Assembly: GCA_963727645.1 (NCBI GenBank)
Contig: CAVSHA010000002.1
Coordinates: 75,507 to 139,506, forward strand
DNA: 64,000 nucleotides
From: an uncultured Acidimicrobiaceae bacterium
Lineage (GTDB): Bacteria > Actinomycetota > Acidimicrobiia > Acidimicrobiales > Bog-793
Reading direction: 5' to 3'
The position numbers and the translations under genes are program-made. Positions 52,132-61,679 of this stretch are shown here, piece by piece. The notes below the pieces were generated by a model. That model made no database searches. It had not been told where the DNA came from and was given only the letters and a program-made list of their open reading frames with translations. Position 1 is the first letter of the stretch; each line of letters opens with the position of its first letter.

Positions 52132-54971
52132 ATGACCCCGGAGCGACCAGCGGAGATCGAGGTCTTACCTGCGGAGTTTGCCGCGGCCCTTCTAGTTGCT
52201 GCCGAAACCACCGACTCGAGCGATGACGCGATCGTCTCGTACCGCCTCGACGGCACCATCACGAGTTGGAGCCCCACAGCTGAACTCCTGTACGGCTGGA
52301 CGATGGCTGAGGCCATCGGCCAGAACATCGAGATGATCGTGCCAGAGGCTCATTTGAAGGAATTCTCGGCGATCACGGCCCGACTCTCCCAGGGCGAGGG
52401 TGTCGGTCACCTCGAGACGACGCGAACCCGTAAGGACGGCTTCAAGGCGCAGGTATCGCTGACGGTGTCTCCGATTAAGGACTCCGGCGGGCAGGTCGTC
52501 GGGGCTTGCTGCATCGCTCACGACATCACCGGTAGGCGACGCTCGGAAGAGATCCGAGCGCTGTTCGCGGCGATTGTGGACAACGCTGAGGACGCCATGT
52601 TCAGCATTGACCTCAACGGGTATGTGACGAGCTGGAACCGGGGCGCCGAGCTCCTCTTCGGCTACAGCGCCACGGAGATGGTCGGTCGCTTGTGTGGCGA
52701 GATCCTCGAGGGAGAAGAGCTCGAAGACTTCGAGCAGGTGTTCGCCAAGGCGCTGGCCGGAGAGCGCCTGAGTCACCACGAGACGATGCGGACGCGGCGC
52801 GATGGCACGAGCTTCGACGTATCGATGAACGTGTCGCCGATCTTTGCTCCAGACGGCTCGATCGTCGGGGAGTCCGCGATCCTGCACGAGATCACCGAAC
52901 GCAAGCAGCGCGAGCGCGATCTCGCGGAGAGCCGGGCACTGATCGAGAGGGCCCAACGGATAGGGCACTTCGGTGGGTGGGCTTTTGCGGTCGCGTCAAG
53001 AGGACCACTGATCTGCACGAGTGAGGTGTTCCAGATCTTCGGAACCGCCGAGCGTCCCAACCTGACGCTCGAGGACTACTTCTCACGTGTCCACCCTGAC
53101 GATCTCGAGCGCGTGCGAGCGGGGGCGCTCTCGGCGATCGCCCAAGAGGGCCACTACGAGCTCGAGCACCGGATCGTGCGCCCGGACGGCACACAGCGCT
53201 GGGTGTTCGCGGCGGGGGATGTCCTCGCCGACGCGAACGGGGTGCCAGTCGAGCTGGTCGGCGTCATACAGGACATCACCGACCGCCGCGAGTCCGAGGA
53301 GAAGGCACGGGCTGTCGAACGCCAGCTCCGCATGCTCGCCGATAACTCACGGGACCTCATATTCCGCTACCGGAGCCTCCCCGTTCCAGGCTTCGAGTTC
53401 GTGAGCCCGGCATCGGTCGCGATCACCGGGTACACGCCCGACGAGTTCTACGCCCAGCCTGAGCTCATCGACCACCTGATCGACGCCTCCTCTCGTGACC
53501 TCTGGATGGCGCGCGCGCGTTCGGGCCATGTCAAGGCGCCCGTCGATCTCGAGATCGTGCGCAAGGACGGCTCAAAGATCTGGGTCAACCTGAGCCTCGG
53601 CGGCGTGCTCGACGCAGACGGGGAAGTCGTCGGAATGGACGGCATCACTCGTGACGTCAGCGACCGGAAGGCGGCGGAGCTGCGGCTCGAGCACGAGGTC
53701 CTCCACGATCCCCTCACCAACCTGCCTAACCGGGTGCTGGTCGTAGACCGGATCGAGCACGGCCTGTCGCTGGCCTCGCGGGGAACGGGTCGGTCGCCTT
53801 GCTCTTCGTGGACCTGGACCGGTTCAAGGTCTTCAATGACACGCGCGGCCACAGTTTCGGCGATGCGGTGCTGACAGCCGTCGCCAAAAGATTGCAGGAG
53901 TGCTCGCGCGCCGAGGACAGCGTGGGACGCTTCAGCGGTGATGAATTCGTCGTCGTGTGCGAGAAGCTCCTCGCCGCGACCGATGCGATCAAGATCGCGG
54001 ACCACATCCTGAACTCGTTCGCTGCCCCGTTCGACATCGCCGGCGAAGAGGTGCACGTGACGGTGTCGAACGGGATCGCCACGGGCAAGGCGGGCGAGAG
54101 CGCAGACAAGCTGCTGCGCGACGCCGATCTCGCGATGTACCGCGCCAAGGATCTCGGCAGGGCGCGCTACGAGGTGTTCGACGACACCCTACGGGCCGAA
54201 GCTGAATGGCACTCCATCGTAGAGACGGGCCTGCGTCGCGCACTCGACAACCACGAACTCTCGCTCGTCTTCCAGCCCATATGGTCGATGGTCGAGGAGC
54301 GTTTCATCGGTGCTGAGGCGCTGCTGCGATGGCACGATCAGGACCTGGGGATAATCGACCCGGCAGACTTCATCCCAATTGCGGAGGACTGCGGGCTGAT
54401 CGTCCCGATCGGAGAATGGGTGCTCGAACAAGCTTGCAGATCGCTCTCACACTCCAACCGGACCAAGCCCCGACACGCAGCGTGCACCGTGTCGGTCAAC
54501 GTCTCCGCCGTGCAACTGCGGTCCCGCGAGTTCACTCTCGCTCTGGAGAGACTGATTTCAGCGACCGGCATCGAACCGAACCTGCTCTGCCTCGAGATCA
54601 CCGAGTCCGTGCTGATGGAAGACGTCGACTACTTCTCCAAGGTGCTGCATGAGCTGCGGGCCATCGGAACGAGACTTTCCATCGACGACTTCGGCACCGG
54701 GTATTCGTCGCTCGCCTACCTGCGTCGGTTCCCGGTCGACGAGCTAAAGATCGACCGGTCCTTCGTCACCAACCTGGACTCTGATCCCTACGACGCCACG
54801 CTTGTGGCCGCTGTGATCGCGATCGGTGAGGCGCTCGACCTCCGCGTGGTCGCGGAGGGCGTCGAGACCGCCGGAGAGCTCGCGGCACTACGTGACCTCG
54901 GATGCCAGTACGCGCAGGGTTACTTGTTCGCGCGACCGTGCAGCTTCGACGAGTACATGGAGTATCTCTAG
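52132..54971 (+). CDS. Multi-PAS (4x) GGDEF-EAL protein with a frameshift in a G run at ~53783
   Basis: Four PAS/PAC repeats, HDPLTNLPNR, then in the next frame DLDRFK, SGDEF, EALLRW, DDFGTGYSS. Confidence 0.88.
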
Positions 54972-55293
54972 GGCGGGCGCCCTGGCGGGTAGGAGACATC
55001 GGTAGCGGCCCCGAGCGGACCTCGGTAGGCGTGCCGGAGTGGACGCCGCATGACCAGCCGGCGACGGTGAAGCCTCGGAACAGACCCCATCTCGCAGCTC
55101 GTTGTCGGCGAGGGACTGCGACATGAGGGAGATCAGCCGACCGGACAATCGGATCGGCGTTGGATCAGCGTGCTTCACCCTTCACCTTTCCTTAGTCATG
55201 GCTCATGCCGAGGCTCGTCGCGAAGACCCCATAGAAACTGCGCATGGGAAGAGGACAGGTCGTCGAATTTGGGGCCGTAGAGTCGGTTACCTG

Positions 55294-56688
55294 ATGGCGA
55301 CCACGCCCGAGGAAGAAGTTGCGTCGTCATCGACCACCGACGCTGGGTTGCGTTCATCAGCGCCGACATCGGAATTCGATCTCACCAAGGCGAGCACCGG
55401 ACCGGTCTGGCGTCAGTACCTGCGGGCCATGGGACCCGGGCTGGTCACTGGGGCGTCCGACGACGATCCGTCCGGGATCGCCACCTACTCCCAGGCGGGG
55501 GCCCAGTACGGCCTCTCGTTCCTGTGGGCTGCCCTGCTGACCTTGCCATTGATGGCCGCGGTCCAAGAGATCTGCGACCGCACGGCGCTTGCGACCGGCG
55601 CTGGTCTCGGCGAGTTGGCCTTGAGGCGCTTCCATCGGGCCGGGCGAGCGATCCTCGCGGTGCTCCTAGTCGCCCTCATAGTTGCGAACGGCCTCAACAT
55701 CGCCGCGGATCTGGTCGCCATCGGTTCTGGAATGCAGCTCCTCCACGCCGGCCCGACCTTCATCTGGGCGCTGCTGGCGGGTGGAGTCATAACCACGTTG
55801 CTGGTGTTGGGCTCCTTTGCCCGCATTGCGCTCGTCTTCAAGGTGCTCTGCGCCGCGCTTCTGGCCTATCTCGTCGTGGCGGTCCTCGTCACTCATCAAT
55901 GGGGCAGTGTCCTCACCCACACGCTCGTCCCCCACGTCGAGTTGACCAGGAGCTATCTGGCGCTCCTGGTCGCCGTGCTGGGCACGACCATCTCGCCGTA
56001 CCTCTTCTTCTGGCAGAGCGCGCACCGCCTCGAGGAGATGCGCGAGGAACCGGAGGGCGGAGAAAGAGCACAGCCCCTCAGGCGCCAGAGCCCGGCGCGA
56101 GCCCAGCGCAAGCAGCGCACCAGCAGGCTCGACGTCTTCGTGGGCATGACGTTCTCCAATCTCGTCATGTTCGCCATCATCGTTGCGACGGCCGAGACGC
56201 TGCATGCCCACAACAAGACGAACATCCAAAGTGCCGCCCAGGCGGCCGAGGCCCTCAAGCCTTTCGCAGGACACTTTGCCAGCGCCCTGTTCGCCCTTGG
56301 CTTCATCGGCAGCGGCCTACTGGCCATCCCGGTACTCGCCGCCGCCGGCTCGGTCGGCATGGCTGGACTGCTCGGCCACGAGTGGGGCTTTTCGCGCTCG
56401 GTACGCAAAGCCCCCGTCTTCTACGGCCTTGTCGCCCTGGGGACTCTTGGGGGAACGGCGTTGAGCTTGCTCCATATCAACCCGATCCACCTGCTCGTCC
56501 TCGTGGCGGTCATCAACGGTGTCGCGGCAGCACCCTTCCTTGTTGTCGTCATGTGGGTATCGAGCAGCCGGCGAATCATGGGCGACTATGTGAACGGCAA
56601 GGCGGCCAAGACCCTGGGCTGGCTCACGGCCGCGGTCATGGCTGTCGCAGCCGTCGCCATGTTTGCCACGGGAGGCGTCAGCTTCTGA
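55294..56688 (+). CDS. NRAMP-family divalent metal transporter
   Basis: GPGLVTGASDDDPSGIATYSQAGA, GTTISPYLFFWQ. Confidence 0.9.
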   Translation: MATTPEEEVASSSTTDAGLRSSAPTSEFDLTKASTGPVWRQYLRAMGPGLVTGASDDDPSGIATYSQAGAQYGLSFLWAALLTLPLMAAVQEICDRTALATGAGLGELALRRFHRAGRAILAVLLVALIVANGLNIAADLVAIGSGMQLLHAGPTFIWALLAGGVITTLLVLGSFARIALVFKVLCAALLAYLVVAVLVTHQWGSVLTHTLVPHVELTRSYLALLVAVLGTTISPYLFFWQSAHRLEEMREEPEGGERAQPLRRQSPARAQRKQRTSRLDVFVGMTFSNLVMFAIIVATAETLHAHNKTNIQSAAQAAEALKPFAGHFASALFALGFIGSGLLAIPVLAAAGSVGMAGLLGHEWGFSRSVRKAPVFYGLVALGTLGGTALSLLHINPIHLLVLVAVINGVAAAPFLVVVMWVSSSRRIMGDYVNGKAAKTLGWLTAAVMAVAAVAMFATGGVSF

Positions 56689-56727
56689 GCGCGCACACAG
56701 GCGGCCGAAGCTACCGGGGCTGTTCGA

Positions 56728-56931
56728 TTACTTGCTTGGTCGTGGCACTGAACAATGCGCGATCTTTGGGTTCACCCCGGCGTAGTTGAGAGGACCCGCG
56801 AGGACAGTTACTGCAATGGTCCCAGCCTTGGCGCAGCTCGCATCCGACCCGCTGTAGTAGTGCCGCTGGAGACCTGCCAAGGCGCCAACGACAAGCCACA
56901 CGATGAGTAACAACGCCACTCCTGTTGGCAT
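56728..56931 (-). CDS. Small membrane protein (67 aa)
   Basis: AAGGAG RBS; IVWLVVG..QRHYY..C..AGPLNYAGVNPK..C, a pattern typical of small actinobacterial proteins. Confidence 0.75.
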   Translation of the reverse strand: MPTGVALLLIVWLVVGALAGLQRHYYSGSDASCAKAGTIAVTVLAGPLNYAGVNPKIAHCSVPRPSK

Positions 56932-57693
56932 GGGAGGCTCCTTCTGATCAGGGTTCCCCTCGAGTTGTCATACCTCGCCACCCTACCGGGGGCCTCGTCA
57001 GTGTCATCACGTGATCGGGGCCACCTGACGACCAACCATCACTGCCCCGTCAAGCCGTCAAACTCGTCTTCCTCCCATAGTTGACAGTTTCATCGGAAGT
57101 CAACGCGAACGCCCTGTCCATTCACCTCGTGAGGTGTAGCGTGGGGTTACCTTCGACAGCGAGGGCGTCGCGAGCGGCCTGAGATATCAGCCGCAATTCG
57201 GAGGCAGGGACCTCGTGTCCAGTTCCGTGTCGTCGCCTCAAAGATCGATTCTCGGTGTCGAACGGCGCCGTTTTCTCTCTTCGGATCAACGTCACTCCGT
57301 CTTCGCCCTGCTGGCAGAGGACCGCCGGTCGGGTCTTTCACGTCCGCTCCCCCGCTTCTATTGCTTTACTGCTGTTGCGGGCTCTCGACTCTTCTCGCCG
57401 ACTCGGGGTTGGTCGTTTCCCGAGAAACACATATCGACTAGTGCGAGGCCACCCGCACGAAAGCAGCGAACGCGCGAAATGACAGTCCACCCCGCGGCAA
57501 CAACCACCTCAACCGGGGCTCCAGGAGACACCCGCCGGCGTGTGAACTCGCCCCCCGACAAGCCACCACCACATCTGCGGATCGCTGAGGCCGCGGGCCC
57601 GAACGCCGCGAAGGGAACACGGAAGAACCCGTGTTCACTCCGGCGAAAGAGGGCTGATCCCTCTTCTCACATCCCAAGGCAAGGAGCCCAACC

Positions 57694-57867
57694 ATGACAA
57701 CGACCGACAAGGCAAAGAACAGCGCCCAACAAGCAAGAGGAAAACTGAAGGAGACCGTCGGCAAGGTCAGCGGCAACAACAAGCTGCGGGCCGAGGGCAA
57801 GGCCGACCAAGTGAAGGGCAACGTCAAGCAGGCCGGTGAGAAGCTCAAGGACGCCTTCAAGAAGTGA
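57694..57867 (+). CDS. csbD: CsbD-family general stress protein (57 aa; not in the ORF track)
   Basis: MTTTDKAKNSAQQARGKLKETVGKVSGNNKLRAEGKADQVKGNVKQAGEKLKDAFKK; AAGGAG RBS. Confidence 0.93.
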   Translation: MTTTDKAKNSAQQARGKLKETVGKVSGNNKLRAEGKADQVKGNVKQAGEKLKDAFKK

Positions 57868-57947
57868 GGCGACTCCAGACCGCGATCAGAGCGTCTTATG
57901 TCGTTGGGCCATCAGTTACTCCTCGTAGACGAGAAGAAGGTTAGGAA

Positions 57948-58109
57948 ATGATCATCCTTTTGGTACTGCTGCTTGTTCTGCTCTTTTTCGGACTGGGATT
58001 TGCCGCGCCCTTATTGTGGATCGTCGCAGCGATCGTCTTCTTCGTGTGGATTATCGGTATCGGGGTGGGGCGCGGGAGCTCTGAGAGGCACCACTTCTAT
58101 CGGTGGTGA
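57948..58109 (+). CDS. Small hydrophobic membrane protein (53 aa; not in the ORF track)
   Basis: MIILLVLLLVLLFFGLGFAAPLLWIVAAIVFFVWIIGIGVGRGSSERHHFYRW. Confidence 0.8.
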   Translation: MIILLVLLLVLLFFGLGFAAPLLWIVAAIVFFVWIIGIGVGRGSSERHHFYRW

Positions 58110-58226
58110 GCCAGGAGGGGTGTGCGTCGAAGGAGAAGGTCGCCGCTTGCCGTGCGCTTGGTGAGAACTCAAGCTGGTTGCACGGTCACCTGTTCGTCTG
58201 AACGAGTCCCTCTGCCCCTTGATGGT

Positions 58227-58248
58227 GTTGTAGCAGGTGTGCTACAAC
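58227..58248. promoter_or_regulatory. vapBC operator palindrome GTTGTAGCA-N4-TGCTACAAC (second copy at 60872-60893)
   Basis: Perfect 9-bp inverted repeat just before the antitoxin start. Confidence 0.8.
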
Positions 58249-58254
58249 TGGAGC

Positions 58255-58503
58255 GTGGCTGAAGTTGCTTCCCGAGAACTACGCAACGACACCCGAGGGC
58301 TGCTGCGCCGAGTTGAGGCCGGAGAGGACGTCGTGATCACCGTCGACGGCCGACGGGTCGCGGTGCTGCGGCCAATCGGTTCTCGGCCGAGGTGGGTATC
58401 GCGTGGTGAGTTCGTGCACCGTTTCTCAGGCCGCCAAGCCGACGCCGCCCTGGCCGAGGACCTCCGTGAGCTGGCGCCCGACACGACCGACGACCTGCGT
58501 TGA
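58255..58503 (+). CDS. vapB: Phd/YefM-family antitoxin
   Basis: VASRELRNDTRGLLRRVEAGEDVVITVDGRRVAVLRP; overlaps the PIN gene. Confidence 0.92.
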   Translation: MAEVASRELRNDTRGLLRRVEAGEDVVITVDGRRVAVLRPIGSRPRWVSRGEFVHRFSGRQADAALAEDLRELAPDTTDDLR

Positions 58504-58886
58504 GCCGCGGCATAGCCGACACCAGTTTGTTTGTTGCCAGGGAGTCCGGGCGGCCCCTCGCCGAGACCGACCTACCCGACGAGTTGGCGATCTCCGTGAT
58601 CACGATCGGCGAGCTGCGTGCGGGGGTACTGGCCGCCGTCGACGTCGAGACCCGCGACAGGCGGCTGGCAACGTTGAGCGAAGCACTGGCCCTCGATCCC
58701 CTGCCCGTCGACCAGTCAGTCGCCGAGGCTTGGGCACGGTTACGCGTCCTGTTCCGCGACATGCAAAAGCGCATGCCGGTCAACGACTCCTGGATCGCCG
58801 CGACGGCCATATCGCTAGCGGTTCCGGTCGTGACCCAAGACGAGGATTACGTCGAAGTGCCCGGGCTCAAGATCGTCCGAGTTTGA
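58500..58886 (+). CDS. vapC: VapC PIN-domain RNase toxin
   Basis: ADTSLFVA, SVITIGEL, NDSWIAATA, TQDEDY; acidic active-site residues intact. Confidence 0.92.
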   Translation: MSRGIADTSLFVARESGRPLAETDLPDELAISVITIGELRAGVLAAVDVETRDRRLATLSEALALDPLPVDQSVAEAWARLRVLFRDMQKRMPVNDSWIAATAISLAVPVVTQDEDYVEVPGLKIVRV

Positions 58887-59206
58887 AGTACCACGGGATG
58901 TCCTGCGACAACGCAATCCGCGTCGGAGGGCCGATGTCGCGGATCTGCGACTGGTCGTGAGCTGCGGCGAGAGAAAGCCGGCGTCCCTCGCTGCTCGATT
59001 CAGATACCGCTGTGGCCAGCTAGTCCGGGTAAGCCTGGTTGGCCACAAGTCCTGACCGATTCAGACAGGCGAACAACGGCTGCGTTTCCTTGCTTCGCCC
59101 GAACGTCGTCGTCCAGACCAGTCCGAACCCGGCTTTGGCATCCCAGCCGGTGCGAACGACGCCCAGGTTGTTCTCGCAGCGCTTCAGTACTTGAGCTCCG
59201 CGAGTA

Positions 59207-59238
59207 GGGGGGACTCGGTACAAGACTCCACGCCGCGT
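59207..59238 (+). repeat. 32-bp direct repeat, copy A (GGGGGGACTCGGTACAAGACTCCACGCCGCGT)
   Basis: Identical to 60741-60772. Confidence 0.93.
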
Positions 59239-59309
59239 GGCAACGGTGGCTCTATGGCTCCCACCAGGTTGAACAGCGCGGTGCCTCCCCCTGGAGGCTA
59301 CGCCTCGAA

Positions 59310-60008
59310 CTACCGACCCATGCTCGGCCCGGGGTCTGGCGCAATTTCAGGAACTCCCAGCTCGACAGCAACAGCTCGCCTCCAAACGGCCTCTGTTTGC
59401 CGCAACCGAGAGCGAGCCTGCCTGTTGAGCTCGGGCTCACCAGCGAGGAACACGAACGCATCGTGCACGAGTTTGTCGATCTGAGCCGGAGTACGAGCCG
59501 ACGCCCCTGCAATGATCGAAGGCGTCGTAGAGGTCGACGAGTCCTCGAGCAGCTTCAGAATCTCATATCGGTCCTTCCTGCCGGGCAGACTGTCAGGCCG
59601 ATCAAGAAGTGCCGCGATCTTGGTGGCGGTGTGTGCAGCACTGGTTAGCACGCGATAGCCGTTCACCGTCTCGGCATGGGAGGTAAGCGACTCGACGCGC
59701 AGTTGCAGGTTCGCTCCGAGGCGGGACTGGAACGGCGCGTACAAGTCAAGGTGGATAGACCGCCACGTGGCCCGCCACTTCGTGCCGGCCAGGTGGTGTG
59801 ACTCAGACAGATCACCGGCCTTCTGCTCAAGGATCGCCAGCTCGCCACGGTTCACGATCAGATCGACGTCGTGACTCAGCGGACCACCGGCACGGACCCA
59901 AGTCCCCCAGCCCCCGATGAGAATCGCGGCCGGCACCGCTGCAAGCACCTCCCCGAGCACTGCCCGCGAGAGGTCGGTCTGATCAGACGAGTAGAAGTGG
60001 TTCGTCAC
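59310..60008 (-). CDS. Pol-beta-superfamily nucleotidyltransferase, AbiEii/MenT-like toxin
   Basis: ILIGGWG, SHDVD, LDLY, K..A..DR......KDRYE. The GTG at 60008 lies inside the end of the upstream gene. Confidence 0.75.
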   Translation of the reverse strand: MTNHFYSSDQTDLSRAVLGEVLAAVPAAILIGGWGTWVRAGGPLSHDVDLIVNRGELAILEQKAGDLSESHHLAGTKWRATWRSIHLDLYAPFQSRLGANLQLRVESLTSHAETVNGYRVLTSAAHTATKIAALLDRPDSLPGRKDRYEILKLLEDSSTSTTPSIIAGASARTPAQIDKLVHDAFVFLAGEPELNRQARSRLRQTEAVWRRAVAVELGVPEIAPDPGPSMGR

Positions 60009-60612
60009 TAGCGGCCACCTTCTGTATGTCGAGCTCGGCAACAAAGCGGGCGGCCTGCCACCCTGGCAGTGAAAACAAATCTGCGTAGGCCTGACAGAAC
60101 GGTGTCACAGGGCCGTAGCTATTGAGGAGACGATCCGGCTCGGCGACCAGTACCTCGGTGCCCTTCCCGCCCGGCGCGCTTGGCAAGTCGGGAAGGCATG
60201 GGTCGCCATAGAAGAGGACGGTGCTGTAGTCGGCGATGGGATTGACACCATGTAAGTGGGAAACCACAGCTCCGAAACCCCCAAGAACCACCTCCGAACT
60301 CTTCGCCAGCCGCTCGACTTCCCCGGCTGGTACTGCGACCCGAGATCGACTGAGGAGGTCGCGGCTCACCCGACGGTGAGCCGCGAAAAGGACTAACAGC
60401 CTCGCTGGATCAAGAACCTGCAAACCGTCGAGAGTCCCCACGCTGACCGCACCGATCTCTGCGGGGTGCTCCAATGAACGATGGGCGGTTGAGACTGGGA
60501 TGTCCATCTCGCCCGCGAGTGCCGTGACTGACGGCCACCGACGATGACCCTCCCGGGCACCCACGAGCAGATGCCGCCAGACGACCTCGATCACTGGCAT
60601 CATAGTTTCCAT
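59983..60612 (-). CDS. wHTH protein with AbiEi/MenA-like C-terminal domain (putative antitoxin/regulator)
   Basis: HTH VTALAGEMDIPVSTAHRSL; DPARLL; LGGFGA; QAYADL. Alternative ATG at 60603. Confidence 0.7.
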   Translation of the reverse strand: METMMPVIEVVWRHLLVGAREGHRRWPSVTALAGEMDIPVSTAHRSLEHPAEIGAVSVGTLDGLQVLDPARLLVLFAAHRRVSRDLLSRSRVAVPAGEVERLAKSSEVVLGGFGAVVSHLHGVNPIADYSTVLFYGDPCLPDLPSAPGGKGTEVLVAEPDRLLNSYGPVTPFCQAYADLFSLPGWQAARFVAELDIQKVAASDEPLLLV

Positions 60613-60642
60613 CGTACCAGATTTCCAGTATTTTAGGGAAAC
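60605..60642 (-). promoter_or_regulatory. Promoter/operator of the wHTH-NTase pair
   Basis: Half-sites GTTTCC (60605), ATTTCC (60621) and GGAAAC (60637) at 16-bp spacing; extended -10 TGGTACGAT 7 nt before the ATG at 60603. Confidence 0.6.
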
Positions 60643-60740
60643 GGTGCAAAGGTCCCGAGGTGCAACTCCCTGCGCCGTGCGAAAAGCGTGGGGCATTGTG
60701 CTGAGAATGACCTTCTCGGGGCACTCCTCTGCCGCGTCGG

Positions 60741-60772
60741 GGGGGGACTCGGTACAAGACTCCACGCCGCGT
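60741..60772 (+). repeat. 32-bp direct repeat, copy B
   Basis: Identical to 59207-59238. Confidence 0.93.
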
Positions 60773-60899
60773 CGCCGGGTCCGACCTCTGGCTATGGGTG
60801 CCTTGACCTGGACTCCTGCGCGCCTGGTCCCTCGAGATTCGTCTGAACGAGTCCCTCTGCCCCTTGATGGTGTTGTAGCAGGTGTGCTACAACTGGAGC

Positions 60900-61148
60900 G
60901 TGGCTGAAGTTGCTTCCCGAGAACTACGCAACGACACCCGAGGGCTGCTGCGCCGAGTTGAGGCCGGAGAGGACGTCGTGATCACCGTCGACGGCCGACG
61001 GGTCGCGGTGCTGCGGCCAATCGGTTCTCGGCCGAGGTGGGTATCGCGTGGTGAGTTCGTGCACCGTTTCTCAGGCCGCCAAGCCGACGCCGCCCTGGCC
61101 GAGGACCTCCGTGAGCTGGCGCCCGACACGACCGACGACCTGCGTTGA
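60900..61148 (+). CDS. vapB: Phd/YefM-family antitoxin, identical second copy
   Basis: Same translation as copy 1 (offset 2645 bp). Confidence 0.9.
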   Translation: MAEVASRELRNDTRGLLRRVEAGEDVVITVDGRRVAVLRPIGSRPRWVSRGEFVHRFSGRQADAALAEDLRELAPDTTDDLR

Positions 61149-61353
61149 GCCGCGGCATAGCCGACACCAGTTTGTTTGTTGCCAGGGAGTCCGGGCGGCC
61201 CCTCGCCGAGGTTGAGCGAAGCACTGGCCCTCGATCCCCTGCCCGTCGACCAGTCAGTCGCCGAGGCTTGGGCACGGTTACGCGTCCTGTTGCGCGACAT
61301 GCAAAAGCGCATGCCGGTCAACGACTCCTGGATCGCCGCGACGGCCATATCGC
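61145..61353 (+). pseudogene. vapC: vapC copy with a 107-bp internal deletion and 3' truncation
   Basis: CCTCGCCGAG is joined directly to GTTGAGCG (58566-58672 equivalent missing); homology ends at 61353. Confidence 0.9.
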
Positions 61354-61679
61354 GGCGGCCGAGCATTACCGCTCACTTCCCGGCAAGCCACCCCCTGATT
61401 CTCGCCGCCGGCCGTCCCTCCTACGAAGTTCGGCACGACTTGCCTCGCCGCGTTCTTGGAGCCTTCAACTTGTCCGACCTGCCGCTGTCTTGTCAGTTAC
61501 GAAGACACAACCGCCAAGATCACTAGCTGAGTGCCGAACTGAGCTTTCTCGACGCGTCAGGCCTCGAACCCGTATACCCGGCCGGCACCTTCAGCGTGTT
61601 GAAACGCGCCCCCTATGACAGCGGTGTCCGAGATAGCCACCTCGGCGCCGAAGCCGTCGCCGGCGACAGAGCCCTCAGG

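Larger units (their letters stand above)
58193..58815 (+). repeat. Long direct repeat, copy 1 (vapBC promoter, vapB, most of vapC)
   Basis: Matches 60838-61353 except for a 107-bp deletion and one SNP seen in copy 2. Confidence 0.95.

Noticed and set aside
57438-57860. 140-aa minus-strand ORF
   Set aside because: Antisense shadow of csbD.
57880-57907. dif-like sequence containing TTATGTC
   Set aside because: Only part of one arm matches.
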